From: Rhynchopus sp. YZ270_cl-10
Taxonomy: Eukaryota
Reading direction: 5' to 3'
DNA length: 64,000 bases
Assembly: GCA_964035575.1 (NCBI GenBank)
Contig: OZ037839.1
Location: forward strand, 1,736,001 to 1,800,000
Shown here piece after piece: positions 27,810-44,313 of the stretch. The position numbers were made by a program, and so were the translations under genes. The first letter of the stretch is position 1. Every line of letters begins with the position of its first letter. The notes under the pieces were generated by a model that ran no database searches, had not been told where the DNA came from, and saw nothing but the letters and a program-made list of their open reading frames with translations.

Positions 27810-28071
27810 GAGAAAAAAATTTCAAAAAAAAAAAAAATTTTTTTTTTTTTTCGACAACTACTTTTTCAAGCCTGGAAAAAAAATTTTTTTTTTTGGGCCT
27901 GACCTTGGGTCCTTGTGCACCGAAAAATTCAAAAAACGGCAAAATTTTGATGTTTTGAGCATCTGTGGGTGAATCATATGCACTGCTACAGTGGCCTATT
28001 ATTGGGTGTTTTCCTTAGCAAATTCCTTCACAAAACTCATTTTTGATTTTGGCAAAGGCAAATTTCAGGCC

Positions 28072-28817
28072 TATCAATGAGTATCGATTGGTGGACAAGT
28101 CTGGTGCCAGCACCCGCGGTAATTCCAGCACCAATAGCGTATATTAATGCTGCTGCTGTTAAAAAGCTCGTAGTTGGATCCAGAGCTCAGGTTGTAAGGT
28201 GCCACGGTTTTTCGTGATGGCGTAATGTCATAGCGTTGGCTGTGGGTCAAACATCTTACATCAAGACCTGTGCTCTATCAACGATGGTAATGGCACCCTG
28301 TGAGTAGGTTCCTTCATTGGTGCCGAAAGCGTCTACGCGTATACCATGCGCACACGGGTCGACCATCGATGTTACTGTGAACAAACCAGCGTGCCCAATG
28401 CAGGCGTAAGCCTTGAATGGTAAAGCATGGAATAACAAGGGATCGATTCTCTCAGATCACTTTGTTGGTTTACTGCCTGGGAAGGAGTAATTCGGACTGT
28501 CGGACTCTTCTTAATTCTTCGGAATTATGCAAGACCACTGTCCAGCGGGATCAATAGGGACTGCCGGGGTCGTACGTACTCCCACGTCAGAGGTGAAATT
28601 CTTAGATCGCGGGAAGACGAACTTCTGCGAAAGCATTCGACAAGAATGTCTTCATTAATCAAGAACGAGAGTGTGGGGATCGAAGATGATCAGATACCGT
28701 CGTAGTCCACGACTGTAAACGATGCCGTCTCAGGATCGAAGGGCGCTCTATTATGGCCCCTACGGCACTACCCTTGAAACGAGAAATCAAAGATTATGGG
28801 TTCAGGGGGGAGTACAT

Positions 28818-28850
<33 letters not shown>

Positions 28851-28894
28851 TGACACCACCAGGCGTGGAGTATGCGGCTTAATTTGACTCAACA
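28072..28894 (+). rRNA. 18S rRNA fragment, 5'-truncated, part 1 (orphon/pseudogene)
   Basis: GTGCCAGCACCCGCGGTAATTCCAGC, GGTGAAATTCTTAGA, GATACCGTCGTAGTC, AAACTTAAAGGAATTGACGG, AATTTGACTCAACA. Confidence 0.95.
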
Positions 28895-29506
28895 TAGGGG
28901 GTACCGTGGTCAGTATATTAGCTGTCCGAAAAATTAATAAATAAATAAAAAATGCTCTATGTGCTCAGAAACGGCACAGGGGTCCCCCAGAAAACATTTT
29001 CTGTACAACACGTCACGCCCCGCACTGGATTAGTGCCTTTTTTTGGGCCTAAAATTCAAAAATGCAAAAATGACTTTGTACAAGGGCGTTTTTTACGTGT
29101 TTTTTCATGATTTTTCAAAGTCGCCAAAAATCATGTAAAATACTGCTTCCCACCCAACATTCTCTCCACAACATCGTTCTGACACCCATAGGTCCAAAAA
29201 AAAACAGGTTTTTATATATTTTTTTCAACAACTGGTGTATAATAAAATTCCACCAAAGTCCACTATCCCACCTCACCCACAGGCAAATATCTTAACTATG
29301 TGTACCTGTGTGAATTGATTCTGAGTGATAATGCAGCAACCGCTGGGTAGTTCTATGGGGTAAAACGCCACCTGGGGTCACAAGGCCCAGGCTCCTACCT
29401 TTCCAGGTAGGGGAGCTGTTGAGTGACCCATCGGACAATCGTTTGAAGGGTCTTGGAGGTTATGGTGTCGGGGGTGTCACTGTTCGTTTGTGTGGACATT
29501 TGAGAA

Positions 29507-30343
29507 GTGTTTGTGCAATTGGTCCCGTACCAAGGTTTCTTGTTGGATGTGATTTGTGCTGAAATGGATGGATTCTGAGGGTAAATGCTGCAAGCGCTAG
29601 GTATTCCGTGGCACAAATAAATTGACATGTGTTTGTGGAATTGGTCCCGTACCAAGGTGTCTTCTTGGATGTGATTTGTGCTGAAATGGATGCATTATGA
29701 GGGTAAATGCTGCAAGCGCTAGGTATTCCGTGGCACAAATAAATTGACATGTGTTTGTGGAATTGGTCCCGTACCAAGGTTTCTTGTTGGGTGTGATTTG
29801 TGCTGAAATGGATGGATTCTGAGGGTAAATGCGGCAAGCGCTAGGTATTCCGTGGTGCAAATAAATTGACATGTGTTTGCGGAATTGGTCCCGTACCAAA
29901 GTGTCTTCTTGGATGTGATTTGTGCTGAAATGGATGCATTCTGAGGGTAAATGCTGCAAGCGCTAGGTATTCCGTGGCACAAATAAATTGATATGTGTTT
30001 GTGGAATTGGTCCCGTACCAAGGTTTCTTGTTGGATGTGATTTGTGCTGAAATGGATGGATTCTGAGGGTAAATGCTGCAAGCGCTAGGTATTCCGTGGC
30101 ACAAATAAATTGACATGTGTTTGTGGAATTGGTCCCGTACCAAGGTGTCTTCTTGGATGTGATTTGTGCTGAAATGGATGCATTCTGAGGGTAAATGCTG
30201 CAAGCGCTAGGTATTCCGTGGCACAAATAAATTGACATGTGTTTGCGGAATTGGTCCCGTACCAATGTTTTTTGTTGGGTGTGATTTGTGCTGAAATGGA
30301 TGCATTATGAGGGTAAATGCTGCAAGCGCTAGGTATTCCGTGG
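29507..30343 (+). repeat. 122-bp tandem repeat, ~6.9 units, alternating A/B variants
   Basis: Units start at 29507, 29629 and so on; AAGGTTTCTTGTTGG alternates with AAGGTGTCTTCTTGG. Confidence 0.92.
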
Positions 30344-30658
30344 CCCGACACGCCAACGTCGTCACCCCGTTCCGCGCTCTGACGGACCCAGCGGTTGTGG
30401 CTGTGATGGAGTTTGTCGCGTCCGATCTCTTTCTGGTGTGTGCGAAGATGCTGCGCCCAACTGCGAGCAGTTCGATGGGCTTAGAGCGTGCAGTAGAGAT
30501 TGTGTGCCAGAGGAAGCTGAATCTCGGTGACGACGTGCATCTGTCTTGTGACAAGAAGATGCTGTTGAAGCGCTTTGCGCTCGTGAATTGGTGTCAGGCT
30601 GTTGTGACGCGCGATCGAAGAGAAGTGCAGGAAGTCGGCCACTTTTCCGCAAGATGTT

Positions 30659-34309
<3,651 letters not shown>

Positions 34310-34624
34310 CTAGGTTTCAACCCCCTGGTTTGATTAAGATAGGGGAAGGGCTGGGGTTGGGGTTTGATTGGGTTGTATTTTGCATCATTGAGGGTTGGGT
34401 TGGTTTGTTTTTGTTATCGTTAGGATTTATGTTATGTTCAGTTTCTTTCTTCTTGCTTGAACCATGGTTATTGACTAAACGAAGATACCCAAATCCCCAG
34501 GTTTATTTTTCACCCTTTTCCATTTTCCTGGCCCTCCCTTTCCATCCAACCCCACCCCCGACTGACTCTCACAAGTGACCCCAGATTCTGTTCCAGATGT
34601 GATGTTTCGATGTGTTTTCAGTAC

Positions 34625-34863
34625 CATTGTATTGTGCTAATTGGTCGCCGCCTGAAGTATCCGTAATTGAATTAGTTCTGTATTCTGTGATCAGTCTTAT
34701 GAGTGTATGCTGCATGCGACAATTGAAAGATCTGAAACAACATTGTATTGTGCTAATTGGTGGCCACCCGAAGTTTCCGTAATTGAACTAGTTATGAAAT
34801 CTGTTGTCAGTGTTATGGGTGGCATGCTGCATGCTCTGCCGACAATTGAACGCTTGAAACAAT
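34625..34863 (+). repeat. ~116-bp tandem duplication (2 diverged units)
   Basis: CATTGTATTGTGCTAATTGGT...GAAGT.TCCGTAATTGAA starts at 34625 and again at 34741. Confidence 0.75.
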
Positions 34864-35586
34864 ATTCGGTAGATTCTCAGAATTCGGATTTTTGCTGAGG
34901 TGGCGGACCACTGTCCGCGATAGCAAGGCTTCGCGCTAACTTTCAGGGAAAAAAATTGAATAATTGACATGTGGTGTTCGAGGCGAAGTCGATATTGACA
35001 GGGCGCTGACAAGTCGTGGACCGATTTCCGAAAGCACCAACATAGCGAAAAAAATAAAAATCAAAAAAAAAAAAAAATATTTTTCCAGGTCGTGGGCTGG
35101 ACCTAAAACTGCATCCGGGGGTCCTTTCGTGGCACTTCCTCCAGAAACCCTGTGAAGGTCTTGGCCTGAGGGTACAAAGTGCTGGGATGGCTAACCCCGG
35201 GAAATGAAGGTGGTCACACACTGTGGAGGTACACACCCGATCCCTAATGAGTCAACACTACACCTAGGTGCCGGCCTATTACTCGTCTAGTAGGCAAGGG
35301 GGAAGTACAGACACCACCGCAGCCAGGACACCTCCCTGAGGCTCTTTACAATGATGAGAATAGTAACCAAAACCCCACACCAAGTGTGACTCTCACTCAC
35401 ACCGCTGGCGGGCACACTTCGGCACGTGCCTGTGAGGGCTGCCCTGATTGATCTTCCCAGTAACTAGCGAATGCTGCCTGAGTATAAAAAAAAAAATATT
35501 TTTTTTTGAAAAAAAACGGCCCAAAACGACAAATTAGTTTTTAGGACAAAAATTTCCTCACAAATCGTTAAGCATGGAACCCCCTA

Positions 35587-36242
35587 CTCAACACGGGGAA
35601 TTTTACTAGGTCAGGACAATGTAAGGATTGACAGATTGAGAGCTCTTTCTCGATCCATTGTGTGGTGGTGCATGGCCGCTCCTGGTTGGTGGAGTGATTT
35701 GTCTGGTTGATTCCGTTAACGAACGAGATCTCGACCCTTAAATAGGTGAGCCCGTTGTCCTTTTAGGCAATGCGGTCTTCGGACCAAATTGAAACAGGGA
35801 ATCCACTTCTTAAGGGGACTGCGTGCGTTTTTTAGCACGCGGAAGAGCGAGCCAATAGCAGGTCTGTGATGCTCCTAAATGTCCTAGGCTGCACGCGCAC
35901 TACACTGACGCATTCAACGAGTCTGATTGCCTTACGGCAACCTATCTTGAAGAGGACGGGAAATCTTTTGAACTTGCGTCGTGATGAGGATCGATGATTG
36001 CAATTATTCTCCTTGAATGAGGAATGCCTAGTAGGCGCAAGTCATCAGCTTGCACTGATTACGTCCCTGCCATTTGTACACACCGCCCGTCGTTGCTACC
36101 GATTGGCTGTAGGATAGAGTTTGGGGGAGGTTGTTTTTTCCGGATTCCGGTTTAGACGTTCCAAATCCAAGCAATATTTTTCAGCTAGAGGAAGCAAAAG
36201 TCGTAACAAGGTTGCTGTAGGTGAACCTGCAGCAGGATCATT
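35587..36242 (+). rRNA. 18S rRNA fragment part 2, to the 3' end
   Basis: GGTGGTGCATGGCCG, CAGGTCTGTGATGC, TTTGTACACACCGCCCGTCG, AAGTCGTAACAAGG, GTGAACCTGCAGCAGGATCATT. Confidence 0.95.
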
Positions 36243-36350
36243 CCCAAAGTCGGCTCTGTGTTTACACAGACTGATAATGGTCATTAGTAAGGCAAAGAAT
36301 TTTCCCAAAGCTCCGAGCTTTTGGCGTCCCTGTTAGTAGCGCTGTCTACC
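36243..36350 (+). other. Probable ITS1 5' fragment
   Basis: Follows the 18S 3' end directly; the host tandem unit resumes at 36351; no 5.8S seen. Confidence 0.6.
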
Positions 36351-36574
36351 AAAAAAAAGTCACCCCTGGTAGTAGGTCCTTGGGTGTCCAAACATGCCAA
36401 AAACACAAAAAAATTGATGTTTTGGCCTTCTGTGGGCACCTAAAACGCACTTCTCTGCCCAAAAAATGAATCATTCACATTTCAGAGGTCCTGCATGAAA
36501 ATGCCCATTTGAGCCCAAATTTTCGGTTTTTTTTCAACATTTCTTCAACACAGGCCCCGCCAGGTGGTCCGAGG

Positions 36575-37406
36575 CAGACTTTTATATAGGGGGTCAGAAC
36601 TGAGGGCAATCCTCAGTTATTGAAAAAAAAAAAAAAAAATCCCCTTTTCGGACCTTAAAAAAAAATTTTTTTTTTTGGCGTTTTACTGGCTTAGAACACG
36701 ACTCGTGACCACCGGTGAAAATCTTGGGCAGTAAGCCCGGGAAAACCCGGGCTTAATTAATTTTTCGCAGAGCAAGCCCGGTTCGAAGCTTGGGTTTTCC
36801 CCGGGTTTTAACTTTTCTGGGCTGGGCTGCCCCACCCCACTCCGGGGGTGTAGCCTCAGGGTGCAGCCCGGGGTAGTCAGTCGCCGAAATGAAGCTCTGT
36901 TGACAGAAAACAACGAAGTCAGTAAAGAAAACACACACGTATACTCAAGGGTTACCCATCCCCGTCACAGCCAGAACGCGACTCAATTGGTCAAACGCCG
37001 AAGGAAAAGGAAGCATGCATCATGGCGAAATTATAAAAGTAGCGTACCGTGCGCCTGCGGCACAAGATTGCAACCCACCCTTCCCTGACATAGTTTGGCT
37101 GTAAAAATGTGCGATTATGAGCGCATTTTTTTGAAATGTTGCGTACCGTGGCTTCGCTAGGAACCTTTGGGTGCCATGACCGCCCTTTCTTTGTTATAAA
37201 TGAACTGGCTACTTACAATTCGTGTACCACGTGCGTCTGGTGCACGAATTGCTATCAATTGGGTTTACAGCCAAGGGGGTTCAAGGCACACCACAACTGG
37301 CCCCAGCCGAAAAAACAACTTTGATTTTGGGTGGGTGGGTGAGAAAAAATGAATCCTCAGTTTTTGCCCCTGTTTGTTCAGGAAAAAATTCCTATATAAA
37401 ACCCTG
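36575..37406. mobile_element. Non-autonomous hAT-like element A
   Basis: TSD GTCCGAGG (36567-36574, 37407-37414); TIRs CAGACTTTTATATAGG / CAGGGTTTTATATAGG. Confidence 0.88.
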
Positions 37407-37422
37407 GTCCGAGGGTCCAAAA

Positions 37423-38430
37423 CAGGGGTGGGCGGGCACCCTGGGGTTTTTTCCATTTTTTTGGATCGGGCACCCAGGTTTTTTCTAAGGATTTTTACAG
37501 GCAATTTTTGGATTTTTCTGAGAACACGCTGCCCCCTGCCGAAATATGTTCTCGGTTTTCCCTTTTCGGGGGTTTTTTTTTGGCCTTTTTCGGGTTTTCC
37601 GAGCTTTTACCCTCACTGTCACGGGGTCATTTTGAAAAAAATGGGCAAGTTCTTGGCTGATACACGTTTTGGTCATTACCACCAGCGAGTTGCTTAGCGG
37701 GGTTAAATTGAACTATGATTCTGGACCCACTGTAACGTGAACCGCCCCCTCGAAATTCAAGAAGGGGTCCTAAACCCGGGCGCGCTACGCGCTACGTGCA
37801 CCCCGAATGTTCGGGATGAATATAAAACGGCGCCGCAGGCGAAAAAAAATTAGGGTACAGTATAAAAAATGCAGCTTTTATACCACAAAGCCACTCAGCG
37901 AATCCTTTTTTGCAGAGCAAAAAAGGGAAAATGGCGCCGCAGGCAAATTTTTTTTAAAGGTGCAGACCTGGGAGGCGCTGAATTATTTTTCTTTTTCGTT
38001 CCTCAGTGCCGTCAGGGCCTGCCCAAGTGCGCCAACGCAATGCACTTTGCTACCACCGTGGTGGCGAGCACTTGCAGCACTGCAAGAAGAAGGTTCCCTC
38101 GACGTTTGCAGTCACACGCACCATACTGTATTATTATTTATTCTGTTGTGCGGGAGGTGAAAGGGACGAGACCGAAGGAAGCGGGGTGGAGACTTTTTTT
38201 GTTCATTATGGCTTGGTACCGCACTCCCGGGCAGAGTGCGAGTTATTCTCAGCCACACGGGGCCCGGCCCGACCCCCCAGACTTTTTCCCCTAAGAAAAA
38301 CCCTTAGAAAAATAAATTTTCCCCGTATAAAATCCTTAGAAAAAATAATTTTTCCCCCGTGTAAAATCCTTAGAAAAAATAAAATAAAATCAAAATCGGG
38401 CCCCGGGCACCCACTTTAGGCCCAGGCCTG
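37423..38430. mobile_element. Non-autonomous hAT-like element B
   Basis: TSD GTCCAAAA (37415-37422, 38431-38438); TIRs CAGGGGTGGGC / CAGGCCTGGGC. Confidence 0.85.
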
Positions 38431-39508
38431 GTCCAAAAAAAAAATTTTTTTTTTTTTCGACCAAAAATTTTTTTTTCGACATCTACTTTTTCAAGCCTGG
38501 AAAAAGAACTGGTATTTTCCTACATTGGTTTTTACTCTATGACGTACCCCTACCGGTATTTTCCCAGGCTTGGAAAAGTAGATGTCGAGAAAAAAATTTT
38601 CAAAAAAAAAAAAATTTTTTTTTTTTTCGACAACTACTTTTTCAAGCCTGGAAAAAAAATTTTTTTTTTTGGGCCTGACCTTGGGACCTTGTGCACCGAA
38701 AAATTCAAAAAACGGCAAAATTTTGATGTTTTGAGCATCTGTGGGTGAATCATATGCACTGCTACAGTGGCCTATTATTGGGTGTTTTCCTTAGCAAATT
38801 CCTTCACAAAACTCATTTTTGATTTTGGCAAAGGCAAATTTCAGGCCAAAAAAAATCGACGGGGGGCTTCGCCCCCCGAACCCCCCATTGTGGGGCTTTG
38901 CCCCCCAAACCCCCCAGACCCCCCTATGCAATTGGGGGCCTGCGGCGCAGTTCGGAACTCTAGTGCATACCTTACCGGAACTCCAAATGGAGGTGTTTTT
39001 GTGTTTGCAGCGTTACTACTTGCTATCATGCGCCATCTGACAGCCGCATGCAGGAGAACACTATGGTGTCCAGCATCGGGAGTGCGTACAACTCGGCGCT
39101 GGATTTTATCGACGTGACGTGCAACTGGGAAGACGTCTCGCATATTCAGTACAAGTGTGAACGGTGCGAAAGCACTAACCAGTTTGCGGCAGCGCTACCT
39201 TGCTCCTCTCCCCGGTGTTCTGTTTTTTATTTTGAAAACTGGGTTGTCTTAGTGTGGACACCCGAGGATGAACTCCACTTTTCAAAACGCTGTTAAGTAA
39301 CCGCTGATGAACACGCTGATGATCTCTCCTGTGTGGGAGATGTCGCACTGATGACGCTAAGGTTGCTCCCCACCGGTCCATCATCACATGGGGGCGAAGC
39401 AGACGTTGTGGGTGGGCGGTTCTAGTCCGCTTTATTCTCGTTTCATGCTCGGGGGAAGTTGAGCGTTTTCTTCTTGATTGACGCCCTTTTGGGGCGGTGG
39501 GGCCAGGC

Positions 39509-41150
39509 TCAGGGCGGTTTGTCGGGCACTGTATCAGGCAGTGCAGGCGGCTCAGGTTCTGGTAGAACGGGAGGGGACACGATGGTGATGCGCTGCCTTG
39601 GCGTTCCCCGTCGCACAAGGCTTGTAGGGGTGGCAGGGGTGGCGGTATTGTTACGCAGGCGTCGTCGGGGCGAGGTCCACTGAGCGGCACGCGCAGTGAT
39701 GGTGGTGTCGTAGGCGGGGAGGGGGCAGGTGCCCCAGTCACGGTCGGAGAGGGAACTGATGGACCTCGTCAGGTACTTCAGGATAGTGGCAATGCTGCCG
39801 GCGCAGAGTTTGGCACGTGGAGTGTGCCCACCAGACCGGAGGTGCACCGATAGGCCGTAGGCCATCGTCACTTTCTCTCCGGGAACGGGGCAGTCCAGCT
39901 TGTTCTCGGTGCAGTGCTTCCGGAACCATCGAAGCCAGAGGGACATCACCTTCCCCCGCTCACGCACAGAAAGGGCATGGGCGACCTGTTTGCACTGTCG
40001 CAGCGAGATGCCTGAGTATACCCCAAAGCTAATACCCAGCTCAATGTTGCTGATGCAACTGTTGCTGTCCTCAACGAATTCAGAGACCTCAGCCACGCAA
40101 GAAAAGCAGTGTGTCGCTCAGGGCCGTATTTCCACGACGAAGGCGCCTTCGAGGGGAGCCGGCTCCAGTCAAAGTCCACGGAAAGTGACGGGGTGTCCGC
40201 AGCCTTGTCCCAGGGCAGGCGGGCTTTGGTACCCAGGCATTGTGTAGGGTAATTGTGTTTGCATACAGCCAAACCAAGACAACGTGGTCACCTTTAGTCC
40301 GTATTTGGATCGTAGTGACCAATGTCATGCGCTTAGGTGCCCATCAATGGGTCGGGGAGTGATCAAAGTTAAGGGAAATTATTCTGGCGTAAATGATGGA
40401 GCAGATCTGCCGTCACTGCCTCACCCGGTCCCTCCCTTTGAAAAAAAAAACACCTCGTATGACTTTCAGAGATGGCAATGCCCAATTCCTACCCTTGGTC
40501 TTGCAGCTCAGTCTACAATAGCCCTGCACTAGACACGCCCGGTCGTAGACTCGACTAAAGCACTGCCCCCGCATGTGCCTCGTCTTCTTTATCTTCTTCA
40601 GAGTCCACATTTGCATGCGGGCACCTAATACACCACACGTCGCCTTTTCTCGGTTTCCTAGACCCAGTCTCCCATCACCAATGAGGACACCTTCGGCAGG
40701 CCCACTAGTGGATGGGGCGCTTTGCCTTTACTGTCATTCCACCGCGTCTACGAGGGTTTTTGAGCGGACTTGGCGTAGAACCGACCATACAGTGTCCCCG
40801 ACACTTCCCGCCCTCTCAATGCGTCCCAACGGTGTTGAACCCTCAGGTCCCCTGGCTTAGCCACTAAGAGAAAACCTGCAGCGCCCGCAGACGCATACAC
40901 GTCTGCGGCCATCACTGGCTTAGAGGGGCTCAGGGCCGTGTGACGCACTGATTTCGACACGTTGCCGAAGAAGCGCGATCGCGCTTTGTGTGGTTTTGTG
41001 TATCCCTTGTGAACCTGGAATCGATAGCAGACAGGAAAAAGAGGATGGGCAGCAGCACCTGCCCGACCTTTGTTAAGTGAATCAGTGATTGCCTGACAGA
41101 TGTCTGGGTAACCGTGTATTCTGTGTGGGTATCTATGTCCGGAGTATACA
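39509..41150 (-). pseudogene. Possible decayed tyrosine-recombinase (DIRS/VIPER/TATE-like) retroelement fragment
   Basis: Frameshifted WLYANTITLHNAWVP / AADTPSLSVDFDW resembles a DIRS RNase H C-terminus; WLRWFRKHC...PVP...SIATILKYL resembles an integrase core-binding domain; no RT YxDD seen. Confidence 0.35.
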
Positions 41151-41165
41151 CGACGGTGAAGTAAA

Positions 41166-41723
41166 ATGACATGACATGACATGACATGACATGACATGAC
41201 ATGACATGACATGACATGACATGACATGACATGACATGACATGACATGACATGACATGACATGACATGACATGACATGACATGACATGACATGACATGAC
41301 ATGACATGACATGACATGACATGACATGACATGACATGACATGACATGACATGACATGACATGACATGACATGACATGACATGACATGACATGACATGAC
41401 ATGACATGACATGACATGACATGACATGACATGACATGACATGACATGACATGACATGACATGACATGACATGACATGACATGACATGACATGACATGAC
41501 ATGACATGACATGACATGACATGACATGACATGACATGACATGACATGACATGACATGACATGACATGACATGACATGACATGACATGACATGACATGAC
41601 ATGACATGACATGACATGACATGACATGACATGACATGACATGACATGACATGACATGACATGACATGACATGACATGACATGACATGACATGACATGAC
41701 ATGACATGACATGACATGACATG
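41166..41723 (+). repeat. Perfect (ATGAC)n array, ~111 units
   Basis: Read directly. Confidence 0.95.
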
Positions 41724-43284
41724 CGCTTTTACATGTGCTTTCCATGTAACTTTTTTTTCATGTACTTTACATGTAAAGCGACATGTGCCATGACAAGGTG
41801 CATGACTAACTAACGACAAGACCCCTGTATATAATGAGTGGCGTTAGGCCTTGTCATTATTTAGTCTTGACATGCAAGTAGTCATACTCCCTTGTGTCAT
41901 TGCTCACACTCGGTTGTGGTGCAACGGACCGGGGTACCCTAAATAGGGTCCGCGCGGGGTACTCGTCCAATCCGGACTGAGCGCTCACCCCGAGTCCGCC
42001 GGGCTGACTCGGGGTCCGGCCAAAAGGGTCCGGCCACTCCATCGTGTGGTTTGTGTCGGATTGGTAGCCTTGAACAGGGAAATAGCTAATGGAATTGCAA
42101 CCTCTGTCGCGGTGTCGCAACGACTGCTCTGCAAGTCGCCACCAGATCCACTTTTATGAAAATAAGTGTAGGGGAGGACCTCTCACAACTTCTGAGCAAA
42201 GTCGGTTTTTGACACAAAATCGGGGTGGGTGGGCCATAATTTGCTCCAAATATGACCAGTCGAAAATTGGGATTTTTCTGAAATTTGCATTGTGCCCAGC
42301 AAAAATCCTCGTTTTTTTGAAGAATTTTACAAAAAATATGCTATGCCCCCTATGACTGGACCCAACTCCCCTCACTATTTTTTGCCTAAAAAAGCCCCAA
42401 AAATTCTGCAGGTTTTTTCAGGTTTTGCGATTTTTACGAGATTTAGCGTAGCCTCCATGGATGGATGCCATCCACAAACAACAAACAACGAATAAATAAA
42501 GCAGGGGGGGTATTTCATTTTTTGCGTAGTTTTGCATAAAATAATAAAACCTACATTCTTGAGCTCTTCTAGACGACGTGATTTTCATTGGACGCATCCC
42601 CCGGGAGGGAATTTTGGATACTTTGACAACATCCGGGCTATCTGGGTGCCCCGACCTCCCCTGTTTGCGTTTCGTGGAAACCGCTGATATGTCTTCCTCT
42701 CGCTGCGACTCGTTTAGTCAACGAACGGGGCTGATGACTGTCAAGGAGACAGTTTGCCTCGGGGTGCATAAGGCGTGCCGGCAGAAGTATCGTTTTGATC
42801 CCGTTATTCCAGCTGGTCACTTTATTCCCATATTCAGGAAGCCAAAAACCGTCAATGAGGGACCGATGATGACTTTTCTCTTCGTTAAGGCGCCCCTAAG
42901 GGAAAACTGAAGGGGAAAATTAAGTTTTGATGAACCCAAAAACAAGGTTTTATTGTACCGTTGTCAAAATCTCCGCCCACACCCAGTACTCCCCGAGAGA
43001 GAACCAACACTTCTCTAGCCGACTTCTTTAACAACCCCTCAAGGCGGATAAGAGGAAACGAGGTAACCTCCAGTGCGTCGATCCAAACAGAAGTCTATCA
43101 TGTGTGGGATGCAAAACACAACCACCAAAAATGGAGTTAACCTCACACACCACCAGTCTCGTCGCCCACACAACGGTCGGTAGTATTATTGACCCACGGA
43201 CCCAGGCAAGCCCTCTGTCACAACCCCCCCCCCCCCCCCCCCGACCATCTCACACCCCACACCATACACCCCTCCCCTCTCAGA

Positions 43285-44313
43285 ATGCCTCAAGGTAACG
43301 ATGCTAGCTCCGACGTTGTCACTACTGGGGCGGTGACGGCCATGCAGGGCGCATCGACCACAGCACGGCCCTGGTCCGCAACGTCGCTCCCCCACACCTC
43401 CGTGACGAAGCTGTCGCTGTCCACCTGCGGCCAATGGGTGGCCTTCGCGAGCCACCACTACTACGGAGGGATCCAAACCGTGCGCCTCACCACCCACGAG
43501 ACCAAGCACATTGTGCGCAACGTCAAGGTACGCTGTCTCCTCTACACGAAAACGCACCTGGCATACTCCCCAGAGCCCGGCACGTCTCTGTACCTTGCTA
43601 CTCACGATGGCGACCACCAGCATAGCCTCGAATGCAACTCGGAGGTCCTCTCCATCTCTACCAGCGCTAATGGTGAACACATCGTCGGCAGCACCTTCGA
43701 GCAGATCAGTGTCTTCGACAGTGAGTCTGGAGAGTGTGTGCGCAGTATTCTCCGCAGCGACGCAGTAGCAGCAGTGTCGCCATGTCAAAAATGGATTGCC
43801 TGTCTAGCTTCTACAGGATGCAGTATTCTGGCCTTCAAGACCGGGCGAGCTTCGAAGCAGGTCGAAACAGAGGTTCAGGCGCATCTTTGTGTAGCTTTTA
43901 GTGTCGATTCCGAGTTTGTTGCGTTCCCAAATGTGGATCATGCAATATGTGTATATACAGTTGTGACAGCAGAAGCGAGGCACATTTTAGAAGGGCACAG
44001 TCACGATGTGCGGGCAATCCAGTTTGCGCCGCACGTCAAGCACCTCTTCTCGTGCTCGCGGGACAATAGCTTGCTGCAGTGGTGTCTCGAGACGGGGTTG
44101 ATCCTGCACAGCTTCCCGCAAACCCTTATCTGGTGTTTTGTGCTTTCCCATGATGGTCAGAGTCTCGTGTCAGCGGAGGGCACAGCACTTCATATCATGG
44201 ACATTCCAGAAAAGGGGAACGGAGGTGCCGTCGTGGAGGGGGCACCCCGGCCGAAGAAACAGATGAAAGCGGCGGAACGAAAGGACACCTCAAAAGGGTG
44301 TGCGTGCTGCTAA
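43285..44313 (+). CDS. WD40 beta-propeller protein with basic tail ending CACC
   Basis: LEGHSHDVRAIQFAPHVKHLFSCSRDNSLLQW is a clear WD40 repeat; ATG follows a pyrimidine tract + AG. Confidence 0.85.
   Translation: MPQGNDASSDVVTTGAVTAMQGASTTARPWSATSLPHTSVTKLSLSTCGQWVAFASHHYYGGIQTVRLTTHETKHIVRNVKVRCLLYTKTHLAYSPEPGTSLYLATHDGDHQHSLECNSEVLSISTSANGEHIVGSTFEQISVFDSESGECVRSILRSDAVAAVSPCQKWIACLASTGCSILAFKTGRASKQVETEVQAHLCVAFSVDSEFVAFPNVDHAICVYTVVTAEARHILEGHSHDVRAIQFAPHVKHLFSCSRDNSLLQWCLETGLILHSFPQTLIWCFVLSHDGQSLVSAEGTALHIMDIPEKGNGGAVVEGAPRPKKQMKAAERKDTSKGCACC

Noticed and set aside
29507..30343. CRISPR-like array
   Set aside because: Contiguous 122-bp units with no unique spacers, no cas genes, eukaryotic context
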